Shown: positions 40,801-50,592 of the stretch, in pieces
Layout of the letters: every line of letters begins with the position of its first letter
How positions within the stretch are numbered: position 1 is the stretch's first letter
NCBI GenBank assembly: GCA_009773375.1
Contig: WRPH01000002.1
Location: 34,640 to 98,639 of the forward strand
Length of the DNA stretch: 64,000 nt
Reading direction: 5' to 3'
Origin: Paracoccaceae bacterium
GTDB lineage: Bacteria > Pseudomonadota > Alphaproteobacteria > Rhodobacterales > Rhodobacteraceae
The notes under the pieces: generated by a model
Database searches by the model: none
Seen by the model: the letters and a program-made list of their open reading frames with translations, nothing else
What the model was told of the DNA's origin: nothing
Translations under genes and position numbers: made by a program

Positions 40801-41169
40801 CTGCCCGAGGCCGAAGCCGTTCTCACCAACCCCGCCTTGGCGCATATCTTCGCGCCTGACGCGCTGGCCGAGGTTGGCTTCACCGCCGAAATCAACGGCC
40901 AGCGCGCGCTTGGCAGCATCGACCGTCTGCTGATCGCGCCTGACCGCGTCCTTGCCGTCGATTTCAAATCCAACCACCGCATTCCCGCCACCCCGGAAGC
41001 CACCCCAGAGGGGGTGTTGCGGCAGATGGGCGCCTATGCCGAGGCGCTGCGGCAAATCTACCCCGACAGGCGGATCGACACCGCGATCTTGTGGACCAGC
41101 TCCGCCACCCTGATGCCACTTGATCCCGAGATGGTGAGTGCGGCCCTATCACGCACCACTATCCCTTGA
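37846..41169 (+). CDS. addA: Double-strand break repair helicase-nuclease AddA
   Basis: SANAGSGKT, LTYTKAAA, IQTIHSFC, VDEAQDT, VGDKKQSIYSFQGAD, MTVHGAKGLE, LLYVALTRA, GSIDRL..DFK. Confidence 0.96.
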   Translation: MNRNDASERQVQASNPTATTWLSANAGSGKTRVLTDRVARLLLGGVEPQHILCLTYTKAAATEMQNRLFRRLGEWAMKPDADLHHALAELGDEGRHAPNALAKARQLFARAIETPGGLRIQTIHSFCATLLRRFPLEAGVSPQFTELDDRAARLLRENIVQEMAEFRAPDLMAEVARAYTGEDFSGLMEQVAAKRSGFAKPLTEAQARDLYGVAKGESRETLLADVLLGIESDLITAILPALAAGGATDSKTAAKLAALDLQNPSLATLSALEDILLFGSSAKSPFGAKIGSLPTKPTQKLIPAHLPQLDALMLRVEAARPRRITLQAAQKTALLHRFAASFLPIYEAAKAARGFLDFDDLITRAKLLLTNPDVAAWVLFRLDGGIDHILVDEAQDTSPDQWRVIELLSAEFTAGEGTRSGGRTLFVVGDKKQSIYSFQGADVAAFDEKHGFFKQKFEETSQQFQSLALEFSFRSSAAVLRLVDETFGARFPQALGDQVSHLAFKHQMPGRVDLWPLIAPVKEDKDENWEDPVDLIAETHHTARLAEKIASEIKAMIDAGVQIPTDHGDRPVHAGDFLILVQRRSALFSEIIRACKQADLAIAGADRLKLGGELAVKDLAALLSFLATPEDDLSLAALLRSPLCGWTEAELFDLAHGRKGFLWETLRNRTQHSQTIEMLQDLRNQADFLRPFDLIERALTRHDGRRRLLARLGPEAEDGIDEFLSQALAFERSEIPSLTGFLIWLETDDIEVKRQMDSEGQRIRVMTVHGAKGLEAPIVILPDTCDRKPQDRDEIYSLPDGPPLWKTSAEDSPAAIAAARAMRKQKSDEESLRLLYVALTRARAWLIVCGAGDAKSDGAWYKLVAQGMQAVGADAISGGVLRHAHGDWPAPAQKQALTLPKQPDLPAWASQPAQTPDRPTQRLSPSDLGGAKVLPGETDGSSEEAAKARGTALHMLLEHLPTAPRATWPGIAAALIPDATQRASILPEAEAVLTNPALAHIFAPDALAEVGFTAEINGQRALGSIDRLLIAPDRVLAVDFKSNHRIPATPEATPEGVLRQMGAYAEALRQIYPDRRIDTAILWTSSATLMPLDPEMVSAALSRTTIP

Positions 41170-41228
41170 CCTTCGCCCTGCCGATCCTTAGGTTCATTCT
41201 CTGACATTTTTCCTCAGGAGATCCCGCC

Positions 41229-41555
41229 ATGGGTGCCAATACCATCGCTGTAACCGACGCCACTTTCGACGCCGAAGTTCGCAAATCGGATATTCCGGTT
41301 GTGGTGGATTTCTGGGCGGAATGGTGCGGTCCCTGCCGTCAGATCGGCCCGGCTCTGGAAGAGCTGGCCGCCGAATATGCCGGTAAGGTCAAGATCGTAA
41401 AAGTAAACGTCGATGAAAACCCCGATAGCCCGGCGGTTCTAGGCGTGCGCGGCATCCCGTCGCTGTTCCTGTTCAAGGACGGTCAGGTTGTGTCGAACAA
41501 GGTCGGCGCTGCACCTAAAGCCGCTCTGGCCAACTGGATTGCCTCGGCGATCTGA
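41229..41555 (+). CDS. trxA: Thioredoxin
   Basis: [10 protein letters not shown] active site. Confidence 0.97.
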   Translation: MGANTIAVTDATFDAEVRKSDIPVVVDFWAEWCGPCRQIGPALEELAAEYAGKVKIVKVNVDENPDSPAVLGVRGIPSLFLFKDGQVVSNKVGAAPKAALANWIASAI

Positions 41556-41575
41556 GCCTCTACAAATCGAATCAC

Positions 41576-41602
41576 AAAGGCTCCCTTTGGGGAGCCTTTT
41601 TC
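41576..41602. terminator. Bidirectional intrinsic terminator after trxA
   Basis: AAAGGCTCCC-TTT-GGGGAGCCTTTTTT. Confidence 0.75.
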
Positions 41603-42464
41603 AAAGTGGCCAGCCGTGATCGCGCAGCCGTTTTTCAATCTGGGCTGCGCTGGTATCCCCCACCGCGCAGACCGCGTTTTTCTTGAAAAACCACCACAGA
41701 TAATCCGCAAACGGCTGTGGCTGCTGCGCCTTGGAAAAGGCCGCCGCCACGCCTTGCTTTGGCACCAATCCGGCGATGTGGTGAAAGTCGATCCGGGCAA
41801 ACAGCACCGCAGGCTTGGCCGCGAAATAGCCCGTCAATGCCAGTGAAGAATTCTCGGTCACAACATAATCGCACCCCGCCAGCAGCGGCATGGATTTGTC
41901 TGTCGCAAGCGTAAAGCGGTCGATCTCGTGCAGCGCTGCGCGCTCGGCATCGGAATAAACCTCGCGCGGGTGCAGGGTGGCGATGATCTGCCGATCCGGG
42001 TCTGCCTTTAACGTGGCATGGATCATATCAATCGGGCTGAGCGCCTGAAAATGCCGCCTTTGCAACAGCTTGCCCTGCAACGGCATAAAGATGTAGCCGC
42101 CTTTGTCAATGGTTTCGCCCTTGAACAAACGGTCGCGCCAATAGGTCTGAAACCAGCCAAGGCCCTTTTGTCCCGGAAAGCGCAGGTCGGCAACATCCCA
42201 ATCCCAGCGGTCATTGGTGCTCTCTATCCGATAGTAATTTTCCAGATAGCAGCGCCGCAGGCTTAAACAAAACGGATCATCCACCGGGCGATTGTAGATC
42301 AGATGATAGCCCGGCCCGCCGACCTCTTCCGTCTGGCCGCGATAGGTTATCTGCCAGCCCGCAGCCCGCACCGCCGCAACGATGCCGCTAAAAATCCCCT
42401 CGCCCGCTTCGGCAAGGTGGCGCTTGGTGGCATCAAGATAGAAATTCAAAAGCTTTGGCTGCAT
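41601..42464 (-). CDS. Hypothetical protein with capsule-synthesis (KpsS/KpsC-like) motifs
   Basis: 288-codon ORF filling the trxA-hslV gap; YIFMPLQ, TLHPRE and VVTENSS...KPAVLF motifs. Confidence 0.6.
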   Translation of the reverse strand: MQPKLLNFYLDATKRHLAEAGEGIFSGIVAAVRAAGWQITYRGQTEEVGGPGYHLIYNRPVDDPFCLSLRRCYLENYYRIESTNDRWDWDVADLRFPGQKGLGWFQTYWRDRLFKGETIDKGGYIFMPLQGKLLQRRHFQALSPIDMIHATLKADPDRQIIATLHPREVYSDAERAALHEIDRFTLATDKSMPLLAGCDYVVTENSSLALTGYFAAKPAVLFARIDFHHIAGLVPKQGVAAAFSKAQQPQPFADYLWWFFKKNAVCAVGDTSAAQIEKRLRDHGWPL

Positions 42465-42507
42465 GCGGCAAACCTAGGGGGTTTCTGGCCGCCCCGCCAG
42501 TCGCCCG

Positions 42508-42536
42508 CTTGTGCGAAACCGCGCGGGCTTCCATAT
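42508..42536 (+). promoter_or_regulatory. RpoH-type promoter of hslVU
   Basis: CTTG (42508-11)-N19-CCATAT (42531-36). Confidence 0.65.
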
Positions 42537-42560
42537 AGAAGGCAGCAAACGGAGGGCGAC

Positions 42561-43118
42561 ATGGCCGACGAAAAATTCCCCGGCTGGCATGGTACAACCA
42601 TTCTGGCAGTGCGCCGTGGCGGCGAGGTCGTTGTGGCGGGTGACGGGCAGGTCAGCCTTGGCAATACCGTGATCAAGGGCACCGCCCGCAAGGTCCGCCG
42701 CCTGACTCCGGGTGGGCATGACGTGGTGGCAGGCTTTGCCGGTTCAACCGCAGATGCCTTTACCCTGTTGGAACGGCTGGAGAAAAAGCTGGAAGCCGCG
42801 CCCGGACAGTTGGCCCGCGCCTGTGTCGATCTGGCGAAAGACTGGCGGATGGACAAATACCTGCGCAATCTGGAGGCGATGCTGATCGTCACCGATGGTG
42901 CTGATCTGTATGTGATCACCGGCGCGGGTGACGTGCTGGAACCTGAACACAACGTCGCCGCCATCGGCTCGGGCGGGAACTTTGCGTTGGCCGCCGCGCG
43001 GGGGCTGATGACCACCGATCTGCCCGCTGAAGACATCGCCCGTCGCGCCATGGCCATCGCGGCCGATATTTGTGTTTACACCAACGGCAATCTTACGGTT
43101 GAACGGATTTCCAAATGA
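42561..43118 (+). CDS. hslV: ATP-dependent protease peptidase subunit HslV
   Basis: [39 protein letters not shown]. Confidence 0.97.
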   Translation: MADEKFPGWHGTTILAVRRGGEVVVAGDGQVSLGNTVIKGTARKVRRLTPGGHDVVAGFAGSTADAFTLLERLEKKLEAAPGQLARACVDLAKDWRMDKYLRNLEAMLIVTDGADLYVITGAGDVLEPEHNVAAIGSGGNFALAAARGLMTTDLPAEDIARRAMAIAADICVYTNGNLTVERISK

Positions 43119-44407
43119 CCAACCTGACCCCGCGCGAAATCGTCTCGGAACTCGACCGCCATATCATCGGCCAGCGCGAGGCCAAGCGTGCCGTTGCGGT
43201 CGCTTTGCGCAACCGGTGGCGTTGCAAGCATCTGGCGGATGATATCCGGGACGAGGTTTACCCGAAGAATATCCTGATGATCGGCCCGACCGGGGTGGGG
43301 AAAACCGAAATCGCCCGGCGTCTGGCCAAGCTGGCCCGCGCGCCGTTCCTGAAGGTCGAGGCCACCAAGTTCACCGAGGTTGGCTATGTTGGTCGCGATG
43401 TCGATAGCATCATCCGTGATCTGGTCGATGCCGCGATGATCGAAACCCGCACCCGCATGCGTGAAGATGTGACAGCGCGGGCGAAGAAGGGGGCCGAGGA
43501 TCGCGTGGTCGAGGCTTTGGCCGGCAAGGATGCCCGCGAGCAGACCCGCGAACTGTTTCGCGGCAAGCTGCGGCGGGGGGAACTGGATGACACGGTGATT
43601 GAACTCGAACTCGCCGATGCGGGCCCGGCGATGCCGATGATGGGCAATGGCATGGAAATGCAGATGCAGGGGCTGCAAGACCTGTTCAAGGCTTTCGGCA
43701 CCCGCACCACCCGTAAGAAGGTCACGGTGGCCGACAGCTATGAACTGCTGATCGGGCAAGAGGCTGACAAGCTGCTGGATGACGAGGCGGTGAAGGCTGC
43801 GGCGCTGGAGGCGGTGCAGGAAAACGGCATCGTGTTTCTGGATGAAATCGACAAGATCTGCGCCCGGTCGGATGCACGCGGGGCGGATGTGTCGCGCGAA
43901 GGGGTGCAGCGCGATCTGTTGCCGCTGATTGAGGGCACCACGGTTTCCACCAAATACGGCCCGGTCAAGACCGACCACATCCTGTTCATTGCCAGCGGGG
44001 CGTTTCACATTGCCAAGCCGTCCGATCTGCTGCCGGAATTGCAGGGCCGCTTGCCGATCCGGGTGGAACTGGCGCCGCTGACGGAAGATGATTTCGTGCG
44101 TATCCTGACCGAGACCGACAACGCGCTGACCCGGCAATATGCGGCGCTGATGGGGACGGAAGATGTCGCGGTTTCCTTCACCCCGGATGGTATCGCGGCG
44201 CTGGCGCGGATTGCGGCGGAGGTGAACCGCAGCGTCGAGAATATCGGCGCAAGGCGGCTTTATACGGTGATGGAGCGGGTGTTTGAGGAACTGTCCTTCA
44301 CCGCGCCGGATCGGTCGGGCGAAGAGGTGGTGGTGGATGCGGCGTTTGTGGAAACCAATCTGGGCGCGCTGGTCCGGTCTGCCGATATCTCGCGCTATGT
44401 TTTGTAG
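43115..44407 (+). CDS. hslU: ATP-dependent protease ATPase subunit HslU
   Basis: [52 protein letters not shown]. Confidence 0.97.
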   Translation: MTNLTPREIVSELDRHIIGQREAKRAVAVALRNRWRCKHLADDIRDEVYPKNILMIGPTGVGKTEIARRLAKLARAPFLKVEATKFTEVGYVGRDVDSIIRDLVDAAMIETRTRMREDVTARAKKGAEDRVVEALAGKDAREQTRELFRGKLRRGELDDTVIELELADAGPAMPMMGNGMEMQMQGLQDLFKAFGTRTTRKKVTVADSYELLIGQEADKLLDDEAVKAAALEAVQENGIVFLDEIDKICARSDARGADVSREGVQRDLLPLIEGTTVSTKYGPVKTDHILFIASGAFHIAKPSDLLPELQGRLPIRVELAPLTEDDFVRILTETDNALTRQYAALMGTEDVAVSFTPDGIAALARIAAEVNRSVENIGARRLYTVMERVFEELSFTAPDRSGEEVVVDAAFVETNLGALVRSADISRYVL

Positions 44408-44416
44408 GGAGGTGGC

Positions 44417-44728
44417 ATGATCCGGCATATCGTGGCGCTGCGGTTTCGCGGCGAGATTGATGCGGCCAGCAAGGCGGGCTTTTACGCCGATCTTGCCGGG
44501 CTGCGTGGCCATCTGGGCGGGATTTTGGATTTCCGCAGCTTTTCGAATATCTCGCCGGAAGAGCCGGTCGTGCATGGGATGCGCGATCTGTTCTGGTTTG
44601 ATTTCAATGATGCCGCGGCGCGGGATGCTTACCTTGCCGACCCCGCGCATCAGGCGATCGGGGCGCGGTTGGTGGCGGCTTGTGAGGGCGGTATTGCGGG
44701 TCTGTTGGTGATGGACGTGGCGCTGTAA
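44417..44728 (+). CDS. Dabb (stress-responsive alpha/beta barrel) family protein
   Basis: MIRHIVALRF, F.D.AARDAYL..PAH. Confidence 0.8.
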   Translation: MIRHIVALRFRGEIDAASKAGFYADLAGLRGHLGGILDFRSFSNISPEEPVVHGMRDLFWFDFNDAAARDAYLADPAHQAIGARLVAACEGGIAGLLVMDVAL

Positions 44729-44735
44729 AAGCCGC

Positions 44736-44758
44736 GGTCCCAACTCGGGACCTTTTTT
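44736..44758 (+). terminator. Intrinsic terminator of hslVU-dabb
   Basis: GGTCCC-AACTC-GGGACC-TTTTTT. Confidence 0.75.
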
Positions 44759-44821
44759 AGTGATGTAGAATCAACGGCTTGACTGTGTCGCATTAACGGA
44801 AAATTAAGACATTGCGCCATG

Positions 44822-44854
44822 AAAAAGGCAGGAGCGGCGATTGCCACCCCTGCC
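44822..44854 (-). terminator. Intrinsic terminator of dnaJ
   Basis: Minus strand GGCAGGGGTGGC-AATC-GCCGCTCCTGCC-TTTTT. Confidence 0.75.
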
Positions 44855-44879
44855 CGTTGTTGCTTTGGCAATGCGGGTT

Positions 44880-46028
44880 TTACCCCTTCATGCCTTCCCA
44901 AAAGCCCTTGACCTTCGAGAAGAACGAAGAGCCTTCCGGGTTGTTGTCGGTCGCCAGCGTGTCGAATTCGCGCAGAATTTCCTTCTGCCGCGCCGTCAGG
45001 TTGACCGGGGTTTCCACCGCCAGTTCGATCACCATGTCGCCATGACCACCGCCGCGCAGGGCGGGCATGCCTTTGCTGCGCAGACGCATCTGCTTGCCGG
45101 TTTGCGCCCCCGCCGGAACCTTGACCCGCGATTTGCCGCCGTCAATCGTCGGCACTTCGACCTCGCCGCCCAGTGCTGCGGTGGCGATGGAAATCGGCAC
45201 GCGGCAGAACAGATGCACGCCATCGCGTTGGAAAATCTGGTGCTCTTTCATCTCGATAAAGATGTAAAGATCGCCAGACGGCCCGCCACGCATGCCCGCC
45301 TCGCCTTCGCCAGCGAGACGAATGCGGGTGCCGGTTTCCACCCCTGCCGGGATGTTGACCGACAACGAACGGTCCTTTTCAATCCGACCATGCCCCGCGC
45401 AAGCCTTGCACGGGTTTTTCACGATCTGACCGGCCCCGTTACAGGTGGGGCAGGTGCGTTCGACCGTGAAGAACCCCTGCTGCGCGCGCACCTTGCCCAT
45501 GCCCGAACAGGTCGGGCAGGCCACGGGTTCTGCTCCGCCTTCGGCACCAGTGCCGCGACAGACATCGCAAGCAACCGAGGTCGGCACGTTGATGGTTTTC
45601 TGCACGCCCGCAAAGGCCTCTTCCATCGACACCCGCAGGTTATAGCGCAGGTCAGACCCACGCTGCGCGCGCGACCGACCGCCGCCACCGCGACCGCCCA
45701 TGAAATCGCCAAACAGGTCTTCGAACACGTCCGAGAAGGCGGAGGAAAAATCGCCATTGCCGCCCGGATAGCCGCGCTGGCCACCGCCGCCGCCCATGCC
45801 GCCTTCGAACGCCGCGTGACCGTAGCGGTCATAGGCGGCCTTCTTGTCGGCGTCTTTCAGAACTTCATAGGCCTCGTTGATCTCTTTGAACTGCGCTTCG
45901 GCGTTGGGATTGTCTGAATTCCGATCCGGGTGCAGCTCTTTCGCCTTTGCCCGATAAGCCTTCTTCAATTCATCCGCCGAGGCCCCGCGAGACGCCCCAA
46001 GAACCTCGTAGTAATCACGCTTTGCCAT
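44880..46028 (-). CDS. dnaJ: Chaperone DnaJ
   Basis: DYYEVLG, HPD motif, G/F region, four CxxCxGxG repeats. Confidence 0.98.
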   Translation of the reverse strand: MAKRDYYEVLGASRGASADELKKAYRAKAKELHPDRNSDNPNAEAQFKEINEAYEVLKDADKKAAYDRYGHAAFEGGMGGGGGQRGYPGGNGDFSSAFSDVFEDLFGDFMGGRGGGGRSRAQRGSDLRYNLRVSMEEAFAGVQKTINVPTSVACDVCRGTGAEGGAEPVACPTCSGMGKVRAQQGFFTVERTCPTCNGAGQIVKNPCKACAGHGRIEKDRSLSVNIPAGVETGTRIRLAGEGEAGMRGGPSGDLYIFIEMKEHQIFQRDGVHLFCRVPISIATAALGGEVEVPTIDGGKSRVKVPAGAQTGKQMRLRSKGMPALRGGGHGDMVIELAVETPVNLTARQKEILREFDTLATDNNPEGSSFFSKVKGFWEGMKG

Positions 46029-46054
46029 TGCAAAACCCCTTCACGGGAACGAGG

Positions 46055-46083
46055 CAGGGCGGCCCAGATGCCGGGCCGCCCTG
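46055..46083. terminator. GC-rich hairpin between dnaK and dnaJ (terminator or mRNA stabiliser)
   Basis: CAGGGCGGCCC-N7-GGGCCGCCCTG. Confidence 0.55.
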
Positions 46084-46100
46084 TTTTGGTTCCTGGCGGC

Positions 46101-48008
46101 TTACTTCCGCTTGTTGTTCCCGAGATCTTCGAAGTCTGCGTCGATGATGTCTTCGTCAACGCCGCGCTGATCACCGTCGTCCTTGTCGTCAGCCTGATCT
46201 GCCGAGGCTTTGTAGATCGCCTCGCCCAGCTTCATCGCGGCTTCGGTCAGGTTCTGGATGCCGCCTTTGATCTTGCCGGCATTCTCGGTTTTCAAGGCAT
46301 CTTCCAGCGCCGAAGCGGCGAGTTCGATAACCTCGACGGTGGACGGGTCCACCTTGTCGGAATGTTCGGCAAGCGACTTCTTGGTCGAGTGCAGCAGGCT
46401 TTCGGCCTGGTTCTTGGTTTCCACCAGATCGCGGCGTTCCTTGTCGGCTTCGGCGTTGGCCTCGGCGTCCTTGACCATCTTTTCGATGTCCTCGTCGGAC
46501 AAACCGCCCGAGGCCTGAATGGTGATCGCCTGCTCTTTGTTGGTGCCCTTGTCCTTGGCCTTCACCGACACGATGCCGTTGGCGTCGATGTCAAACGTGA
46601 CCTCGATCTGCGGCAGACCGCGCGGGGCGGGCGGGATCTGTTCAAGGTTGAACTGGCCCAGCATCTTGTTGTCAGCCGCCATTTCGCGTTCGCCCTGGAA
46701 GACGCGGATGGTCACGGCGTTCTGGTTGTCTTCGGCGGTGGAGAACACCTGCGATTTCTTGGTCGGGATCGTGGTGTTACGGTCGATCAGGCGGGTGAAC
46801 ACGCCACCCAGCGTTTCGATGCCCAGCGACAGCGGGGTCACGTCGAGCAGCACCACATCCTTGACGTCGCCTTGCAGCACGCCCGCCTGAATGGCGGCAC
46901 CAGCGGCGACGACTTCATCGGGGTTGACGCCCTTGTGCGGTTCCTTGCCGAAGAACTTGGTGACTTCTTCGATCACGCGCGGCATGCGGGTCATACCGCC
47001 GACCAGCACGACTTCGTCAATGTCGCCAACCGACAGGCCGGCATCCTTCAGCGCGTCCTTGCAGGGCTTGATCGACTTTTTCACCAGATCATCGACCAGC
47101 GATTCCAGCTTGGCGCGGGTCAGCTTGACGACAAGGTGCAGCGGCTGGCCGGTGTTCTTGTCCATCGAGATGAACGGCTGGTTGATTTCGGTCTGCGTGC
47201 TGGAGGACAGTTCGATCTTGGCCTTTTCAGCGGCTTCCTTCAGGCGCTGCAGGGCCATCTTGTCCAGCGACAGATCGACGCCGTGTTCCTTTTTGAACTC
47301 ATCCGCCAGATAGTTGACGATGCGCATGTCGAAATCTTCGCCACCAAGGAAGGTATCGCCGTTGGTGGATTTCACTTCGAACAGGCCGTCGTCGATTTCC
47401 AGAATGGTGATGTCGAAGGTGCCGCCGCCAAGGTCATAGACGGCGATGGTGCGCGATTCCTTGCGATCCAGACCGTAGGCCAGCGCGGCTGCGGTCGGTT
47501 CGTTGATGATGCGCAGCACTTCCAGACCGGCGATCTTGCCGGCGTCTTTGGTGGCCTGACGCTGGGCGTCGTTGAAATAGGCCGGAACTGTGATCACGGC
47601 CTGGGTGACGGTTTCACCCAGATAGGATTCAGCGGTTTCCTTCATCTTTTGCAGGATGACAGCCGACACCTGCGCGGGGGAGTATTTCTCACCGCGGGCT
47701 TCGACCCATGCGTCACCGTTGCCGCCGTTGACGATCTTGTACGGCATGTTCTTCTGGTCTTTGATGATCACCGGATCATCATGCCGACGCCCGATCAGGC
47801 GCTTGACGGCGAAGATGGTGTTGGAGGCGTTGGTAACAGCCTGCCGCTTTGCGGCTTGCCCGACCAGACGTTCATTCTCGGTGTAGGCGACGATCGACGG
47901 CGTGGTGCGCGCGCCTTCCGAGTTTTCGATGATCCGGGGCTGCGAGCCATCCATGATGGCGACGCAAGAGTTGGTCGTCCCGAGGTCAATACCAATGACT
48001 TTGGCCAT
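46101..48008 (-). CDS. dnaK: Chaperone DnaK
   Basis: [42 protein letters not shown]. Confidence 0.98.
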   Translation of the reverse strand: MAKVIGIDLGTTNSCVAIMDGSQPRIIENSEGARTTPSIVAYTENERLVGQAAKRQAVTNASNTIFAVKRLIGRRHDDPVIIKDQKNMPYKIVNGGNGDAWVEARGEKYSPAQVSAVILQKMKETAESYLGETVTQAVITVPAYFNDAQRQATKDAGKIAGLEVLRIINEPTAAALAYGLDRKESRTIAVYDLGGGTFDITILEIDDGLFEVKSTNGDTFLGGEDFDMRIVNYLADEFKKEHGVDLSLDKMALQRLKEAAEKAKIELSSSTQTEINQPFISMDKNTGQPLHLVVKLTRAKLESLVDDLVKKSIKPCKDALKDAGLSVGDIDEVVLVGGMTRMPRVIEEVTKFFGKEPHKGVNPDEVVAAGAAIQAGVLQGDVKDVVLLDVTPLSLGIETLGGVFTRLIDRNTTIPTKKSQVFSTAEDNQNAVTIRVFQGEREMAADNKMLGQFNLEQIPPAPRGLPQIEVTFDIDANGIVSVKAKDKGTNKEQAITIQASGGLSDEDIEKMVKDAEANAEADKERRDLVETKNQAESLLHSTKKSLAEHSDKVDPSTVEVIELAASALEDALKTENAGKIKGGIQNLTEAAMKLGEAIYKASADQADDKDDGDQRGVDEDIIDADFEDLGNNKRK

Positions 48009-48117
48009 AAGTGGTCCCTTTCCGTAGGCGATGTTGTAGAGCGGAACCCGTTGCGGCATTCCGATCCGATCCCATGAGACCCGGAAGGGGCAAGCGCCCG
48101 TTTCCGGCTTCTGGGCG

Positions 48118-48147
48118 TATATAGGGAGCGGAATTTAGGCCTGCAAG
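48118..48147 (-). promoter_or_regulatory. RpoH-type promoter of dnaKJ
   Basis: Minus strand CTTGCA-N15-CCCTATAT. Confidence 0.65.
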
Positions 48148-48214
48148 CGCCCTGCGCGTTTGAATACGCTGCGAATCAGAGGAAAAATTGCAACGTTGCC
48201 CGGCTGCCCGGTTT

Positions 48215-48832
48215 TCAGGGCATCAAACTGCAACAGCCGTGCAGCGATGCGGCCGGGCCGGTGCTGGATTTCTGCAAGAACAGGTCCAGCGTCAGGCCGA
48301 AGGCGCGGTCTGACATGCCATCGGAACAGGCTTGCGCGCGCAGCACCGCCATGCCGCCACCACCGTCGCTGGCGAATTGCATCGCTGCGACGGGTTGCCA
48401 GCGGCTGCCGAGCCAATGGCTGAGGATATCCTGTTCGGGGCCTTCATTTTCCGGGGTGTTCAGGTGAACGGTTTCCTGTGCCGCATCAAGGTAGAATGAC
48501 CAGAACGGCTCGGTGCCAAAGCACCTCAGATCAGAGCGCAGCGCAAACCAGTCTGGCCCACCTTGCGGGCGCAGAAACCGCAGCGAAGACCAGCCGCTGG
48601 CCTCGTGGGTGTTGACCTGCGCCCATTTGCCATCGGCGCTGAACGCGACCACCTCTACCCCGGTGGCTGTCTGGGCAAGGCCGCCGATGATCGAGGCCGA
48701 GGCGCTGGGGGCCGCGCGGATGTTCAGCACATCATCCGCCGCCACGCCGTTGACATCATACAGCGCCGGCAGGGCTTGCGCCGCAGCAATACCGGGGAAA
48801 AGCAGGCAAAGCAGCAGGGCAAGATGTTTCAT
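48215..48832 (-). CDS. Secreted SH3-like plus COG3650-like domain protein
   Basis: Signal peptide, VAADDVLNIRAAP..SA..IG, GW....L, then C.GTEPFW and CSDGMSDR.FG. Confidence 0.75.
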   Translation of the reverse strand: MKHLALLLCLLFPGIAAAQALPALYDVNGVAADDVLNIRAAPSASASIIGGLAQTATGVEVVAFSADGKWAQVNTHEASGWSSLRFLRPQGGPDWFALRSDLRCFGTEPFWSFYLDAAQETVHLNTPENEGPEQDILSHWLGSRWQPVAAMQFASDGGGGMAVLRAQACSDGMSDRAFGLTLDLFLQKSSTGPAASLHGCCSLMP

Positions 48833-49650
48833 CGTCGGGCGTTCCAACTGGCTGAGGCGTGTTTGCGGGTGAAGTTTTCGCCCATCAGGCCGATGATGAT
48901 CAGAATACAGGTGACGGTGATCGGATAGGCGATGTTGCTGTAGTGTGGGTGATAGTTTTCAAACATATGGCCGCGGGTCTGGTCGATGGTGTGAAACAGC
49001 GGGTTCCAGGTATACATCGACAGAATGGTGGTCGGCGTGGCATTGGCCAGAAACATCTTGCCGGAAAAGATCATGTTGGCGCGGGCATAGATCGAGGTCA
49101 GAATCCCGAACAGTTCCGGCTGCCACGGCGTTGCCGCCTTGAACACCATGCCAACGCCGACACCCGATGCCCAGGACAGCAGATACATCCCCGCCACCTT
49201 CACCGGTTCGTGGATGTAAACCGGCGTCCACAGCGTGTGATAAAAGAACAGGATGCAGCCCGCCGACAGGGTTTGCAGGTAAAGCGCACCCAAGGCCGCC
49301 GCTGCGATGGCGACGATGGTGTTCATCGGCGAATGTTTCATCATTGCCGAAGTCGGGCCATCAGACTTGGACACCGCGCTGAGGGTTTTCGAGTGGGTGG
49401 CAAAGTTGAACACGCCTGACATGATATACAGCACGAAATCGCCGCGCACTGCGTTGCCGCGCAGGCCCAGAATATCGAACATGAACACCATGATCGCCAC
49501 CATCAGCACCGATTGCACGATCGCCATCAGCAGGCCAACCACGGCATTGCCATGGCTTTTGCGCACGTTGCGCACGGCGGCGTGAAAGATAAGCTCCAGT
49601 ATGGCAAAGCCGCTGGCGGTGTGGGTGCGTTTGACTTCGGGCCGGAACAT
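48829..49650 (-). CDS. ABC-2 type polysaccharide export permease (KpsM-like)
   Basis: About six TMs, FIFSGKMFL, WNPLFHTID.TR, H-P-Y loop typical of Wzm/KpsM permeases. Confidence 0.75.
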   Translation of the reverse strand: MFRPEVKRTHTASGFAILELIFHAAVRNVRKSHGNAVVGLLMAIVQSVLMVAIMVFMFDILGLRGNAVRGDFVLYIMSGVFNFATHSKTLSAVSKSDGPTSAMMKHSPMNTIVAIAAAALGALYLQTLSAGCILFFYHTLWTPVYIHEPVKVAGMYLLSWASGVGVGMVFKAATPWQPELFGILTSIYARANMIFSGKMFLANATPTTILSMYTWNPLFHTIDQTRGHMFENYHPHYSNIAYPITVTCILIIIGLMGENFTRKHASASWNARR

Positions 49651-49797
49651 TTACTGCAACCTCATCGTCGGGGTCATGCCCGCTATAAACAGGAAATCTT
49701 GCTGTTCCCTTGCCAAGCGATGATAAGGGCGATGTGTGTATTAATCAACAACGCGGCTGTTCTGTGGCAATGCCCGGCCCTTGTGGAGAAAGCGACT

Positions 49798-50592
49798 ATG
49801 GATTTTGACCATCTGATCCCCGTCATCCGCCGTTTGGCGCTGGAGGCGGGCGACCGTATCATGCAGGTTTACAACGGCCCGGATTTCGCGGTGAAGTCGA
49901 AATCTGATGCCAGCCCGGTGACAGAGGCTGACGAGGCCGCCGATGCGATCATCTCGGCGGGTCTGCGGGCGGCGTTCCCGGATGTGACGCTGATCACTGA
50001 AGAACAGGCCGACAGCCACGCGCTGACCGCCTCGACGTTCCTGATCGTTGATCCGCTGGATGGCACCAAGGAGTTCGTGCAACGGCGCGGCGATTTCACG
50101 GTGAATATTGCTTATGTTGAAAACGGCGTGCCGTTGCGTGGGGTGGTCTATGCTCCGGCGCAGGGGCGGTTGTTTTACACGCAGGCCGATGGCGTGACGG
50201 TGGAAGAAACCGGCGCTTTCGCCAAGGATACGGTTGGTGCGGTGGAGGTGTTGGCGGTTTCCCGGCCCGACAATGCGGCGCTGATGGTGGTGGCGTCGAA
50301 ATCGCACCGCGATGCGGCGACGGATGAATACATCGGCAAATATGCCTGCAAGGATATGAAATCGGCCGGGTCGAGCCTGAAATTCTGTCTGGTGGCGACC
50401 GGCGAGGCGGATCTTTACCCGCGTCTGGGCCGCACGATGGAATGGGATACCGCCGCCGGTGATGCCGTGCTGCGCGGCGCGGGCGGCCATGTGGTGCGCT
50501 TTGATGATCACACGCCGCTGGCTTACGGCAAGGCTGGCTGGGACAACCCGTTCTTCATCGCCTATGCCCCCGGAGTTGATCTGAAAAAATGA
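49798..50592 (+). CDS. cysQ: 3'(2'),5'-bisphosphate nucleotidase CysQ
   Basis: K.DASPVTEAD, VDPLDGTKEF, SRSH-like SKSH, GSSLKFC, MEWDTAAG. Confidence 0.95.
   Translation: MDFDHLIPVIRRLALEAGDRIMQVYNGPDFAVKSKSDASPVTEADEAADAIISAGLRAAFPDVTLITEEQADSHALTASTFLIVDPLDGTKEFVQRRGDFTVNIAYVENGVPLRGVVYAPAQGRLFYTQADGVTVEETGAFAKDTVGAVEVLAVSRPDNAALMVVASKSHRDAATDEYIGKYACKDMKSAGSSLKFCLVATGEADLYPRLGRTMEWDTAAGDAVLRGAGGHVVRFDDHTPLAYGKAGWDNPFFIAYAPGVDLKK

Noticed and set aside
45930-48077. 715-aa plus-strand ORF antisense to dnaK
   Set aside because: Shadow ORF; high-GC codon bias of a highly expressed gene suppresses stops on the opposite strand, and there are no recognisable motifs.
48009-48117. CIRCE element or RNA thermometer in the dnaK leader
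   Set aside because: No TTAGCACTC-N9-GAGTGCTAA; hairpins are present but do not clearly sequester the Shine-Dalgarno.
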